DNA of 64,000 nt from Pseudomonadota bacterium. GTDB taxonomy: Bacteria > Pseudomonadota > Alphaproteobacteria > Reyranellales > Reyranellaceae. Positions 8,451-18,484 of the stretch are shown piece after piece (within the stretch, counting starts at the first letter, position 1; the number at the start of each line of letters is the position of its first letter). Under the pieces are notes generated by a model. That model saw only the letters and a program-made list of their open reading frames with translations, was not told the DNA's origin and searched no databases. A program made the position numbers and the translations under genes. The DNA lies in contig JAFEFG010000004.1 of NCBI GenBank assembly GCA_018240685.1, forward strand, positions 10,376 through 74,375, given 5' to 3'.

Positions 8451-10082
8451 ATGATGCGCGCCGCCATGACGACCGGAACCCGCCTCTATCTCTTCGACAC
8501 CACCCTTCGCGACGGCGCCCAGACCCAGGGCGTTGACTTCACCGTGGCGGACAAGGTGGCCATTGCGCGCGAACTCGACCGTCTCGGCATCGACTACATC
8601 GAAGGCGGCTGGCCGGGCGCCAATCCGACCGACGACCGCTTCTTCGCCGATCCGCCCGAATTCCAGAATGCGAAGTTCGTCGCCTTCGGCATGACCCGCC
8701 GCGCCGGCCGCTCGGCCGCCAACGATCCGGGGCTGAACGCCATCCTGCAGACCAAGGCGCGCAACGTGTGCATGGTCGGCAAGACCTGGGACTTCCATGT
8801 CGACGTGGCGCTGGAACTCGACCGCGCCGAGTATGTCGAGATGATCGCCGACTCCGTCGCCCATGCGAAGGGCCGCATGGACGAGGTGATGTTCGACGCC
8901 GAGCATTTCTTCGACGGCTACAAGGCCAATCCCGACTATGCGCTCGCCTGCCTGCACGCCGCCGAGAAGGCGGGCGCGCGCTGGCTGGTGCTGTGCGATA
9001 CCAACGGCGGGACGCTGCCGCACGAGGTCGAGCGCATCGTCGGCGAGGTGTGCGCCAGGATCCCCGGCGAGAAGATCGGCATCCACACCCACAACGACAC
9101 CGAGAACGCCGTCGCCAACACGCTGGCCGCCGTGCGGGCGGGCGCGCGCCAGGTGCAGGGCACCATCAACGGGCTGGGCGAGCGCTGCGGCAACGCCAAC
9201 ATGATCTCGCTGATCGCCAACCTGGTGATCAAGATGGGCTACGAGACCGGGCTGAAGGAGGGCGCGCTGCAGCGGCTGACGCACCTGTCGCGCCTGCTCG
9301 ACGACCGCCTCAACGTGCCCACCAACCGCAGCGCGGCCTATGTCGGCACCCGCGCCTTCGCCCACAAGGGCGGGCTGCATGTCTCGGCGGTCGAGAAGGA
9401 CCCCAGGACCTACGAGCATGTCGATCCCGAGACGGTCGGCAACCAGCGCATCATCGTCGTCAGCGACCAGGCCGGCCGCTCCAACATCATGGCGCGCTTC
9501 CGCCAGATCGGGCTCGAGGTCGACCCCAAGGATCCCGCCGTCGCCCGGCTGCTGGAGATCGTCAAGGAGCGCGAGGCCGAGGGTTACGCCTATGACGGCG
9601 CCGACGCGTCGTTCGAGCTGCTGGCGCGGCACGAGCTGCACACCGTGCCCGACTACTTCGCCCTGCAGAGCTTCCGCGTGCTGGTCGAGCGGCGCGTCAA
9701 CGCCCGCGGCCAGCTCATCGCCATGTCGGAGGCGACGGTGAAGCTCGACGTCGCCGGCCATCGCGCGATGGAGGTGGGCGAGGGCAACGGCCCCGTGAAC
9801 GCGCTCGATGCTGCGCTGCGGAAGGCGCTGGTGCCGGTCTATCCCGAACTCGCCGACATGCGGCTGGTCGACTTCAAGGTACGCATCCTCGATTCGGCCG
9901 GCGGCACGGCCGCGACCACGCGCGTGATGATCGAAAGCGGGGACGGCAAGGGGCGGCGCTGGTCGACCATCGGCGTGTCGCCCAACATCGTCGACGCTTC
10001 CTACAATGCGCTCTACGACGCCATCACCTACAAGTTGTTCCGTGACGGAGCGACGCCGGCGGCGGCGAAGGCCGCTTCCTGA
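8451..10082 (+). CDS. cimA: Citramalate synthase
   Basis: DTTLRDGAQ, HTHND, GLGERCGN, AHKGGLH; C-terminal regulatory domain GNGPVNALD. Confidence 0.92.
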   Translation: MMRAAMTTGTRLYLFDTTLRDGAQTQGVDFTVADKVAIARELDRLGIDYIEGGWPGANPTDDRFFADPPEFQNAKFVAFGMTRRAGRSAANDPGLNAILQTKARNVCMVGKTWDFHVDVALELDRAEYVEMIADSVAHAKGRMDEVMFDAEHFFDGYKANPDYALACLHAAEKAGARWLVLCDTNGGTLPHEVERIVGEVCARIPGEKIGIHTHNDTENAVANTLAAVRAGARQVQGTINGLGERCGNANMISLIANLVIKMGYETGLKEGALQRLTHLSRLLDDRLNVPTNRSAAYVGTRAFAHKGGLHVSAVEKDPRTYEHVDPETVGNQRIIVVSDQAGRSNIMARFRQIGLEVDPKDPAVARLLEIVKEREAEGYAYDGADASFELLARHELHTVPDYFALQSFRVLVERRVNARGQLIAMSEATVKLDVAGHRAMEVGEGNGPVNALDAALRKALVPVYPELADMRLVDFKVRILDSAGGTAATTRVMIESGDGKGRRWSTIGVSPNIVDASYNALYDAITYKLFRDGATPAAAKAAS

Positions 10083-10224
10083 CGCGGGTGCAGCGCGAAG
10101 TCGGACGTTGGTACGCTGCGGTGCAGCGAAGAGTCGGTACGGTCGACAGTACCGGTGGTTGAAACTGGCAGCCATGACGCGCCTTTAGTTGACGCTGTTG
10201 GGCGCGGGTAAGACGATAAACACA

Positions 10225-11346
10225 ATGGACGGAGAGCACATACCGGCGCAGGCCTCACCGCCGCCGCCGATCACAGTCAGCCCGCCGCACGTGCCGCGCG
10301 GGACGCGGTCGGGGCGGCGTGTCCTCGCGCGCGGCCTGATGTGGGCCCTGCCTTTCCTCGTCGCCGGCGGCGCGATCTTCGTCTGGCTCACTTCGGGCCG
10401 CTATGTCAGCACCGACAACGCCTATGTGAAGGGCGACCGCGTGATGCTCGCCACCGAGCTGAGCGGCATCATCACCGAAGTGCCGGCGCAGGAGAACGAG
10501 CACGTCTCGCGCGGCCAGCTCCTGTTCCGGCTCGACGACCAGCCCTACCGGCTCGCGCTCGCCAAGATCGACGCCGCGATCGACACCGCCCGCGCCGAGA
10601 TCCGCGCCCTGCGCGCGCAGTGGCGCAGCAAGCGCGAGGAGATCAAGGCCGCGCGCAGCCAGGAGGTCTACGCGCAGGCCGACTACGACCGCCAGAAGGA
10701 CCTCGCCGAGCGCAAGTTCGCCTCCGTGGCCAAGTTCGACGAGGCGCGCATGTCGCTCGACGTGGCGCGCCAGCGCATCTCGACGGCCGAGGAGGACCTG
10801 ACGCGCATCGAGGCGGCGCTGGCCGGCAACCCGAAGATCCCGGTCGACGAGCATCCCAAGGTCAAGGAGCTGCTGGCCCAGCGCCAGGAGGCGCTGCTGA
10901 ACCTGCGCCGCACCATCATCAACGCGCCGCTCGAGGGCATGGTGGCCAAGCGGCCCGTGCCCGGCACCTACGCCACCGCCGGCATGCCGGTGATGGTGGT
11001 GGTGGCCGACAAGGACCTCTGGGTCGAGGCCAATTTCAAGGAGACCGAGCTCACGCGCGTGCGGCCCGGGCAGCCGGCCACGATCCGCATCGACACCTAT
11101 CCCGACATGGAATGCACGGGCCACGTCGAATCGATCGCCCAGGCCACCGGCGCGGAGTTCGCCGTGCTGCCGCCGCAGAACGCCAGCGGCAACTGGGTGA
11201 AGGTCGTGCAGCGCATCCCCGTGCGCATCGCCGTGAAGTGCGCCGACACCGACCCGCCGCTGCGCGTGGGCATGAGCACGCTGGTCGAGATCGACACCGG
11301 CCATCACCGCTCGATCGGCGACCTGCTGGCCGGCATCGGCCTGTGA
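10225..11346 (+). CDS. emrA: HlyD/EmrA family periplasmic adaptor
   Basis: VSTDNAYV, single TM, NFKETEL, LPPQNASGNWVKVVQRIPVRI. Confidence 0.9.
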   Translation: MDGEHIPAQASPPPPITVSPPHVPRGTRSGRRVLARGLMWALPFLVAGGAIFVWLTSGRYVSTDNAYVKGDRVMLATELSGIITEVPAQENEHVSRGQLLFRLDDQPYRLALAKIDAAIDTARAEIRALRAQWRSKREEIKAARSQEVYAQADYDRQKDLAERKFASVAKFDEARMSLDVARQRISTAEEDLTRIEAALAGNPKIPVDEHPKVKELLAQRQEALLNLRRTIINAPLEGMVAKRPVPGTYATAGMPVMVVVADKDLWVEANFKETELTRVRPGQPATIRIDTYPDMECTGHVESIAQATGAEFAVLPPQNASGNWVKVVQRIPVRIAVKCADTDPPLRVGMSTLVEIDTGHHRSIGDLLAGIGL

Positions 11347-12854
11347 CCATCGACCCCGCCGTCCTGCGCCGACGCCGCTGGATCACCGTGGTGGTGATGA
11401 TGGCCACCATCATGCACGCGCTCGACGGCACCATCGCCAACGTGGCGCTGCCGTCGATCCAGGGCTCGCTGTCGGCGACGCAGGAGCAGGTCTCCTGGGT
11501 CATCACCTCCTACATCGTCGCCTCGGCGATCATGACGCCGCTGGCGGGCTACTGCGCCGTGCGCTTCGGCCTGCGCCGCATCCTGGTCGGCGCGGTGATC
11601 GGCTTCACCATCGTCTCCATGCTGTGCGGCGTGGCGCAGTCGCTGGAGGAGCTGGTGCTGTTCCGCGCCCTGCAGGGCGGGTTCGGCGCCTCGCTGGTGC
11701 CGCTCAGCCAGGCGCTGATGATGGACACCTATCCGCGCGAGGAGCAGGGCAAGGCGATGGCCATGTGGGGCGTCGGCACCATGGTCGGCCCCATCACCGG
11801 CCCGACGCTGGGCGGCTGGCTCACGGACCAGTACACGTGGCGCTGGGTCTTCTACATCAACCTGCCGGTCGGCATCCTCTGCGCCACCGGCCTGATGCTG
11901 CTGATCAAGAACCAGGCCAGCGACAAGCCGCGCTCCTTCGACCTGCTGGGCTTCAGCCTGCTGGCGATCGCGATCGGCACCTTCCAGCTCATGCTCGACC
12001 GCGGCCAGCAGCTCGACTGGTTCGAATCGCGCGAGATCATCATCGAGACGCTGGTGGCGGGCGTCGCGGCGACGATGTTCGTGATCCACATGTTGACGGA
12101 CGACCATCCGTTCCTGTCGCGCGACCTGTTCAAGAACCGCAACCTGATGATCGGTCTCGTCTTCACGGCGCTCGCCGGCCTGATCCTGATCGTCACCTCG
12201 ACGCTGATGCCGCCCTTCCTGCAGCAGCTCAAGGGCTATCCGGTCTTCACCACCGGCATCGTCATGGCGCCGCGCGGGGCGGGCATGATGGCGGCGATGA
12301 TGCTGGTGTCGCGCCTGATCGGCCGCATGGACGCGCGCTGGCTGATCGCCGCCGGCCTCGGCCTGTGCGGCCTGTCGCTCTACGAGATGTCGCTGTTCAG
12401 CCTCGATGTCAGCGAGAGCCGCATCGTCTGGAACGGCGTCTATCTCGGCTTCGGGCTCGGGCTCGTCTTCCCGCCGCTCACCACGCTTGCCTTCGCCACC
12501 ATCCCGCAGCGCCTGCGCACCGAGGGCGCGGCGGTCAACGCGCTGCTGCGCAATCTCGGCGCCTCTGTCGGCATCGCCGTGCTGGTGTCGCTGCTCGACC
12601 GCAACACCCAGACCAACCATGCCGAGCTCAGCGAGAAGCTCTCGCCGTTCAATCCTGCCTGGCCGTTCGGCGCCGCCATACCGGGCGCCAACTCGCTGCC
12701 GCTCGCGGTATGGGACGGCGAGATCACGCGCCAGTCGGCGATGATCAGCTACCTCAACGATTTCCGCGTCATGATGATCTGCACCGTGGTGGTGATCCCG
12801 CTGCTGGTCCTCATGCAGCGCCAGGTCATGCTGCCGCGGCCGACGCGGCGCTGA
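11343..12854 (+). CDS. emrB: DHA2/EmrB family MFS efflux permease
   Basis: LDGTIANVALPSIQG, WVITSYIVA, GPTLGGWLTD, WRWVFYINLPVG; GTGA overlap with the emrA stop. Confidence 0.9.
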   Translation: MTIDPAVLRRRRWITVVVMMATIMHALDGTIANVALPSIQGSLSATQEQVSWVITSYIVASAIMTPLAGYCAVRFGLRRILVGAVIGFTIVSMLCGVAQSLEELVLFRALQGGFGASLVPLSQALMMDTYPREEQGKAMAMWGVGTMVGPITGPTLGGWLTDQYTWRWVFYINLPVGILCATGLMLLIKNQASDKPRSFDLLGFSLLAIAIGTFQLMLDRGQQLDWFESREIIIETLVAGVAATMFVIHMLTDDHPFLSRDLFKNRNLMIGLVFTALAGLILIVTSTLMPPFLQQLKGYPVFTTGIVMAPRGAGMMAAMMLVSRLIGRMDARWLIAAGLGLCGLSLYEMSLFSLDVSESRIVWNGVYLGFGLGLVFPPLTTLAFATIPQRLRTEGAAVNALLRNLGASVGIAVLVSLLDRNTQTNHAELSEKLSPFNPAWPFGAAIPGANSLPLAVWDGEITRQSAMISYLNDFRVMMICTVVVIPLLVLMQRQVMLPRPTRR

Positions 12855-12899
12855 TGCGCCCCTGACAACGCACGGCCGAAACGCGCTATAGAGCCCCAC

Positions 12900-13664
12900 A
12901 TGGGACGAGCGTCGAAAGGGCAGGCCACGGCGGCGGCCGGGCCGGTCATCATCATGGTGCGGCCTCAGTTGGGCGAGAATATCGGCATGGCCGCGCGCGC
13001 CATGCTGAATTGCGGGCTGTCGGCGCTGCGGCTGGTGGCGCCGCGCGACGGCTGGCCCAACGAGCGGGCGCAGCGCGCCGCTTCCGGCGCCGACATCGTG
13101 CTGGAGCAGGCCGAGGTGTTCGATACCGTCGCGGAGGCGGTAGCGGATCTGGAGCACGTGGTCGCCACCACGGCGCGCAACCGCGAACTCTCGCAGCGCA
13201 TCGTGACCGCCCGCGCGGCGGCGGCCGAGATGCACGGCTGGATCGGGCAGGGGCTCCGGGTCGGCGTGCTGTTCGGGCCCGAGCGCACGGGCCTCGAGAA
13301 CGACGACATGGTGCATGCCGACACCGCGCTCTCGATCCCGCTCAATCCGCAGTTCTCCTCGCTGAACGTCGCCCAGGCCGTCCTGCTGGTGTCCTACGAA
13401 TGGGCCACCGCCGCCGACGCCACGCCGCCCGAGCGCATGGCCGAGCATGCGACGCGGCCGGCGACCAAGGAGGAGCTGCAGAACCTGTTCGACCATCTCG
13501 AACGCGCGCTCGACCAGTCGGGGTTCCTGCGCCACAAGGACATGCGGCCCTCGATGGTGCTCAATCTGCGCGCGCTCCTGCAGCGCGCCGGGATGACCGA
13601 GCAGGAGGCGCGCACCTTCCACGGCGTCATCAAGTTCCTGTCCAAGCACAAGCACGAGGAATAG
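12900..13664 (+). CDS. trmJ: TrmJ/LasT family SPOUT RNA methyltransferase
   Basis: PQLGENIGMAARAM, FGPERTGL, SSLNVAQAV. CTGACA-N17-GCTATAGA promoter ends just before the ATG, so possibly leaderless. Confidence 0.85.
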   Translation: MGRASKGQATAAAGPVIIMVRPQLGENIGMAARAMLNCGLSALRLVAPRDGWPNERAQRAASGADIVLEQAEVFDTVAEAVADLEHVVATTARNRELSQRIVTARAAAAEMHGWIGQGLRVGVLFGPERTGLENDDMVHADTALSIPLNPQFSSLNVAQAVLLVSYEWATAADATPPERMAEHATRPATKEELQNLFDHLERALDQSGFLRHKDMRPSMVLNLRALLQRAGMTEQEARTFHGVIKFLSKHKHEE

Positions 13665-13666
13665 CC

Positions 13667-14089
13667 ATGTCCACCACCGCCAAGATCGCCTGGGTCGACG
13701 GCATGCTGATGGTCGCCGAGGGCGGCAGCGGCCACACCATCACCATGGACGGCGCGCCCGAGGTCGGCGGACGCAACCTCGCCTCGCGGCCGATGGAGGT
13801 GATGCTGATGGGCATGGGCGGCTGCACGGCGATCGACGTGGTGTCGATGCTGAAGAAGCAGCGCCAGGACATCGAAGGCGTCGAGGTCTCGCTGGTGGCC
13901 GAGCGCGCCGGCGACCATCCCAAGGTCTTCACCTCGGTCAGGCTCGTCTACACGGTCCGCGGCCGCAAGCTGAACAAGGCGCTGGTGGAGCGCGCCGTGA
14001 GCCTCTCCGACGAGAAGTATTGCTCCGCCACCGCGATGATCAAGAAGTCCGCCAACGTCACCCACGAGGTGGTGCTGGTGGAGATGTGA
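13667..14089 (+). CDS. OsmC/YhfA family protein
   Basis: RPMEVMLMGMGGCTAIDVV and KYCSA Cys pair. Confidence 0.9.
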   Translation: MSTTAKIAWVDGMLMVAEGGSGHTITMDGAPEVGGRNLASRPMEVMLMGMGGCTAIDVVSMLKKQRQDIEGVEVSLVAERAGDHPKVFTSVRLVYTVRGRKLNKALVERAVSLSDEKYCSATAMIKKSANVTHEVVLVEM

Positions 14090-14135
14090 AGGCAAGCGAG
14101 GCGGTGGCGATGATTCCGCCTCGTTTGCCGGCCGG

Positions 14136-14705
14136 TCAACGCATAAGCGCTGAAATCGTCGTGCGTTCGAGCGGTAGCTCAAACGGCGGCATTTTCCGCG
14201 TCTCCAGGCCGAACACGTCGCCTGCCGCATGGTCGACGGCCGGGATGTACAACATCGCCGGTTCCAGGCACAGGTTGACGACTTGCCCGACGATTACGTT
14301 CCCATTCTTGTCGAAGCGGGAAAGAGGCATGCAGATGAAGAGCTGCGCCTTCTCCCGTCCCACAGGCGTACGGAGCGAAACAGACCACGTGGCGGTCTCG
14401 ATATGCTTTTCCTTTCCGGTCCAGCCGTACATGACATTCTGCGGCGAGAAATAGAGGACCTGATTACCTCGGCCCGGCGTATGCCGCAGGAATGTCGTGC
14501 CGGAGACATGTTGCCGGATCTGATCTTCTGTCCAGTTGCGAGCTTCGGCCTTTTCCGTCGGTGCCAAAAGTTGGTAGCTCGTTATATTGAACGGTCGGTT
14601 GGCGACCGCTTGCTGTGGCGGGCTGTCCTGGCCCGTTACACAGCCCCCAAGCAATAATGACGACAGCACCAGAGACATCCCTGACAACAACACGCGTACT
14701 TTCAT
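14136..14705 (-). CDS. Uncharacterised lipoprotein with atypical composition
   Basis: MKVRVLLSGMSLVLSSLLLGGC lipobox; SD GGAG before ATG 14705; visibly more AT-rich than its flanks. Confidence 0.7.
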   Translation of the reverse strand: MKVRVLLSGMSLVLSSLLLGGCVTGQDSPPQQAVANRPFNITSYQLLAPTEKAEARNWTEDQIRQHVSGTTFLRHTPGRGNQVLYFSPQNVMYGWTGKEKHIETATWSVSLRTPVGREKAQLFICMPLSRFDKNGNVIVGQVVNLCLEPAMLYIPAVDHAAGDVFGLETRKMPPFELPLERTTISALMR

Positions 14706-14809
14706 AGAAATCAAACTCCCCCGAGTTTCGCCGCAAGGTAGCGACCGGCTTGTCGTTATTCCACCACTGGTTGGCATTAAATGTATGGTTTTTGCGCCAT
14801 ACCCCGCCC

Positions 14810-14837
14810 TTGACTTGACCGTCGCGGACAGTATCTT
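14810..14837 (+). promoter_or_regulatory. Sigma70-type promoter of rpsD
   Basis: TTGACT-N16-TATCTT, about 150 nt upstream of the GTG start. Confidence 0.5.
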
Positions 14838-14990
14838 CCGCGGCTTCTTCCGGAGAACGTGGTTGCAGGCCAATTCGGGCCTCCATCCCGCCCCGAACCG
14901 CCCGCTGGCGACAGCGGAAATTCGGACCAAGGCCTATCCGGACAACACTCGCGGACGCCAACTGGCGCCGCATAACGATGGAGCAGTCGC

Positions 14991-15605
14991 GTGAGCAAGC
15001 GCGAGAATGCAAAGTTCAAGATCGACCGCCGCCTCAGGGTCAACCTGTGGGGCCGCGCCAAGAGCCCGTTCAACAAGCGTGAATATGGCCCCGGCCAGCA
15101 CGGCCAGGGCCGCCAGAAGCCGACCGACTATCGCCTGCAGTTGATGGCGAAGCAGCGGCTCAAGGGCTACTACGGCTCGGTCTCGGAGCGTCAGCTTCGC
15201 CGCTACTACGCCGAAGCCGTGCGCCGCAAGGGCGACACCGGCGAGAACCTGGTCGAGCTGCTGGAGCGCCGGCTGGACGCGGTCATCTACCGCATGAAGT
15301 TCGCCATCAGCCCGTTCGCCTCGCGCCAGCTCGTGAGCCACGGCCACGTCAAGGTGAACGGCCGGCGCGTCAACATCGCGTCCTATCTCGTGAAGGACAA
15401 CGACGTGATCGAGCTCACGTCCAAGGCCAAGGAGATGGTCCGCGTGATCGAGGCCACGCAGAGCCCCGAGCGCGACGTGCCGGACTACGTCACCGCCGAC
15501 CACACGGAAATGAAGGGCACCTTCGTGCGCGGCCCCAAGCTCGCCGACGTGCCCTATCCGGTGCAGATGGAACCGTCGCTGGTGGTCGAGTACTACAGCC
15601 GCTGA
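14991..15605 (+). CDS. rpsD: 30S ribosomal protein S4
   Basis: [32 protein letters not shown]; GTG start. Confidence 0.97.
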   Translation: MSKRENAKFKIDRRLRVNLWGRAKSPFNKREYGPGQHGQGRQKPTDYRLQLMAKQRLKGYYGSVSERQLRRYYAEAVRRKGDTGENLVELLERRLDAVIYRMKFAISPFASRQLVSHGHVKVNGRRVNIASYLVKDNDVIELTSKAKEMVRVIEATQSPERDVPDYVTADHTEMKGTFVRGPKLADVPYPVQMEPSLVVEYYSR

Positions 15606-15634
15606 TCGGGTTTCCTGCCCGCACTTCGAAAGCG

Positions 15635-15661
15635 AAAGCCCGCCCTTGTGGCGGGCTTTTT
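15635..15661 (+). terminator. Intrinsic terminator after rpsD
   Basis: aaagcccgcc-cttgt-ggcgggcttt followed by a T run. Confidence 0.85.
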
Positions 15662-15696
15662 GCGTTGGGGGCATCCTCACGGACGGAAGAGGGGTC

Positions 15697-16878
15697 ATGA
15701 CAGAAGACATCGGTGCATTCGTTCCCGGACCGCGCGTGCGCATCGAGGGCCGGGCCGGCGGGCCGCTCTCGGGCCTGAGCTTTGCCGCCAAGGACCTGTT
15801 CGACGTGGCCGGCGTGCCGACCGGCGGCGGCAACCACGACTGGCCGACCGGGCGCCCCATCCCGACGCGCCATTCCTGGGCGGTGCAGACATTGCTCGAT
15901 GCCGGCGCGACGCTGATCGGCAAGACCGTCACCGACGAGGTCTCGCTCGGCATCCTGGGCGAGAACGCCTTCGACGGCACGCCGGTGAACGTGCGCGCCC
16001 CCGGCCGCGTGCCGGGCGGTTCGTCGTCCGGATCGGCGGCGGCGGTGGCGGCGGGGCTCTGCGATACCGCGCTCGGCACCGACACCGGCGGCTCGGTGCG
16101 CGTGCCGTCGAGCTTCTGCGGCCTCTACGGCATCCGGCCCACGCACGGGCGCATCGACACCACCGGCATGCTGCCCCAGGCACCGACCTCCGACACGACC
16201 GGCTGGTTCGCCCGCGATGCGGAGACCTTCGCGCGCGTCTCGTCGGTGATGCTGGGCGAGGCGATCCCGACCGCGCTGCCGACGAAGCTGATCGTCGCCG
16301 TCGATGCCTTCGGCTTCGCCGATGCCGATGTCGCCGAGGCGCTGCAGCCGATGGTCCGGCAGCTCGCCGCGCGGATCGGCGAGACGCGCGAGGAGATCAT
16401 GGCGCCGCAGGGCCTGTCGGTATGGGCGCGGGCGCAGCGCAGCCTGCAGCCGGTCGAGGCCTACAACACCTTCAGGGACTGGCTCGACAAGGGCAATCCG
16501 CGCTTCGCCTTCTCGGTCGCCAAGGCGCTGGTCATGGGCTCGCTGACGCCGCAGGCCGACCAGAACTGGGCCGCGCTGATGCGCCAGGAAGTGCGCGGGC
16601 GCCTGCGATACCTGCTGCCGCCCGGCACCATCCTGTGCCTGCCGACGACGCCGTTCCCGGCGCCGCTGCGCGGCCAGCCGCTGTCGGTGCTCGATCCGCT
16701 GCGCGACCGCATCACCTGCCTGTGCGCGCAGGGCGGGCTTGCCGGGCATCCGCAGGTGAACCTGCCGGGCGCGACCGTCGACGGCCTGCCGGTGGGGCTG
16801 TCGATCATCGGGGCGCGCGGCAGCGATGCGACGCTGGTCGCGGTGGCGCGGGCGATGGAGCGGACGGCGCGCGCATGA
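15697..16878 (+). CDS. Amidase signature family enzyme
   Basis: KDLFDVAG, GGSSSGS and DTGGSVR (Ser-cisSer-Lys triad). Confidence 0.9.
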   Translation: MTEDIGAFVPGPRVRIEGRAGGPLSGLSFAAKDLFDVAGVPTGGGNHDWPTGRPIPTRHSWAVQTLLDAGATLIGKTVTDEVSLGILGENAFDGTPVNVRAPGRVPGGSSSGSAAAVAAGLCDTALGTDTGGSVRVPSSFCGLYGIRPTHGRIDTTGMLPQAPTSDTTGWFARDAETFARVSSVMLGEAIPTALPTKLIVAVDAFGFADADVAEALQPMVRQLAARIGETREEIMAPQGLSVWARAQRSLQPVEAYNTFRDWLDKGNPRFAFSVAKALVMGSLTPQADQNWAALMRQEVRGRLRYLLPPGTILCLPTTPFPAPLRGQPLSVLDPLRDRITCLCAQGGLAGHPQVNLPGATVDGLPVGLSIIGARGSDATLVAVARAMERTARA

Positions 16879-17279
16879 CCGACCTGACGCCGAACATCCC
16901 CGAGGTCGTCGCCGAGGTGAGCGCGCTGTTCGAGCGCTACGAGCAGGCGCTGATCGACAAGAACGTCGAGGTGCTGGACGCCACCTTCTGGAACAGCCCG
17001 CATGCGATCCGGCTCGCCAACCACGAGCACGGCTACGGCTTCGACCGCATCCATGCCCATCGCGTCGCGCGGCCGCCGGGGCCCGGCCACAAGGAGAGGC
17101 GGCTGCGCCTCGACGTCGTCACGCTGGGGCGCGACTTCGCCACCGTCACGCTCGTCTACAAGGTGCGCGGCAGGGAGATGACCGGACGGCAGATGCAGAC
17201 CTGGGTCCGCTTTCCCGATGTCGGCTGGAAAGTCGTCGCCGCGCACGTCTCGATGATCGCGGAGCAGCCCGTCCTTTAG
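16875..17279 (+). CDS. AtzH-like/HpxZ (DUF3225) NTF2-fold protein
   Basis: PEVVAEV, RYEQAL, GRQMQTWVRF, WKVVAAHVS; ATGA overlap with the amidase. Confidence 0.85.
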   Translation: MTDLTPNIPEVVAEVSALFERYEQALIDKNVEVLDATFWNSPHAIRLANHEHGYGFDRIHAHRVARPPGPGHKERRLRLDVVTLGRDFATVTLVYKVRGREMTGRQMQTWVRFPDVGWKVVAAHVSMIAEQPVL

Positions 17280-17303
17280 AAAGAACCAACAACGGAGGAA
17301 ACG

Positions 17304-18362
17304 ATGGCGGAAAAAGCGAAGGAAGAACGGCCGATGCCCAAGTTCGGCAATGTGCTCGATCCCGATCTCGCCTGGGTCGCCAAGGTGAGGGAACCGGCGC
17401 TCGAGCCCGAGCTGCCGATCGTCGATCCGCACCATCATCTGTGGGACCGGCCCAACAACCGCTACCTGCTGCCCGACCTCCTGGCCGACTGCAACGAGGG
17501 CCACAATGTCGTCGGCACCGTGTTCGTCGAATGCGGCGCCATGTTCCGCGCCACGGGGCCGGAGGAGATGAAGGCGGTGGGCGAGGTCGAGTTCGTGAAC
17601 GGCGTCGCCGCCATGAGCGCGAGCGGCCTCTACGGCAGCACGCACGCCTGCGACGGCATCGTCGGCCATGCCGAGCTGCGCCTCGGCGCGCGCGTGCGCG
17701 ACGTGCTGGAGGCGCAGATGCGCGCTACCGGCCGGCGCTTCTCCGGCATCCGCTTCTCGACCTGCTGGGACGCCGACACCCGCGTGCGGCGGGCGCGTAC
17801 CGATCCGGCCGAGAGGCTGATGTACGACAGGACCTGGCGCGAGGGCTTCGCCCAGATCGGCAGGCTCGGCCTCACCTACGACTGCTGGATGTACCATCCG
17901 CAGATCAGGGAGATGGCCGATCTTGCCGCGGCGTTCCCCGACACGGTCATGGTGCTCGACCATGTCGGCGGGCCACTGGGCTTCGGCCCCTACGAGGATC
18001 ACAAGCAGACCTTCGCTACCTGGAAGGCGGCGATGGCGGAGCTCGCCAGGCGGCCGAACATGAACATCAAGCTCGGCGGGCTGGGCATGCCGCTCGGCCT
18101 CTTCGAATTCTACAAGCAGTCTTCGCCGCCGAGCTCCGAGACGCTGGCCAAGGCCTACAAGCCGTGGATCGAGACCTGCATCGAGCTGTTCGGAGCCGAG
18201 CGCTGCATGTTCGAGAGCAATTTCCCGGTCGACAAGATCACGTCCGGCTTCGGCGTGCTGTGGAATGCCTTCAAGCGGCTGGCGGCCAATGCGTCTGCGT
18301 CGGAGAAGAAGGCGCTCTTCTCCGGCACGGCGACGCGCGTCTACAAACTCGCGCTGGCCTAG
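17304..18362 (+). CDS. Amidohydrolase_2 family metal-dependent hydrolase
   Basis: IVDPHHHLWD, VLDHVGGP, RCMFESNFPVDK. Confidence 0.88.
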   Translation: MAEKAKEERPMPKFGNVLDPDLAWVAKVREPALEPELPIVDPHHHLWDRPNNRYLLPDLLADCNEGHNVVGTVFVECGAMFRATGPEEMKAVGEVEFVNGVAAMSASGLYGSTHACDGIVGHAELRLGARVRDVLEAQMRATGRRFSGIRFSTCWDADTRVRRARTDPAERLMYDRTWREGFAQIGRLGLTYDCWMYHPQIREMADLAAAFPDTVMVLDHVGGPLGFGPYEDHKQTFATWKAAMAELARRPNMNIKLGGLGMPLGLFEFYKQSSPPSSETLAKAYKPWIETCIELFGAERCMFESNFPVDKITSGFGVLWNAFKRLAANASASEKKALFSGTATRVYKLALA

Positions 18363-18384
18363 CAAGAACCGTGTCAGACGCCGG

Positions 18385-18410
18385 GCCGGCGAAGGATATT
18401 TTTCGCCGGC
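18385..18410. other. GC-rich intergenic hairpin
   Basis: gccggcgaa-N8-ttcgccggc with no clear U-tract; may act in mRNA stability or pausing. Confidence 0.45.
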
Positions 18411-18484
18411 GCAAACATCCCTCGCTCGGGCGCGCGACAGCGACGTAAGCTCGATCCTCTTCGCGTAGTCTAGGAGGATAGTGC

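Noticed and set aside
10140-10175. tRNA-like ggttgaaact...gcca string
   Set aside because: No cloverleaf, acceptor stem or D-arm.
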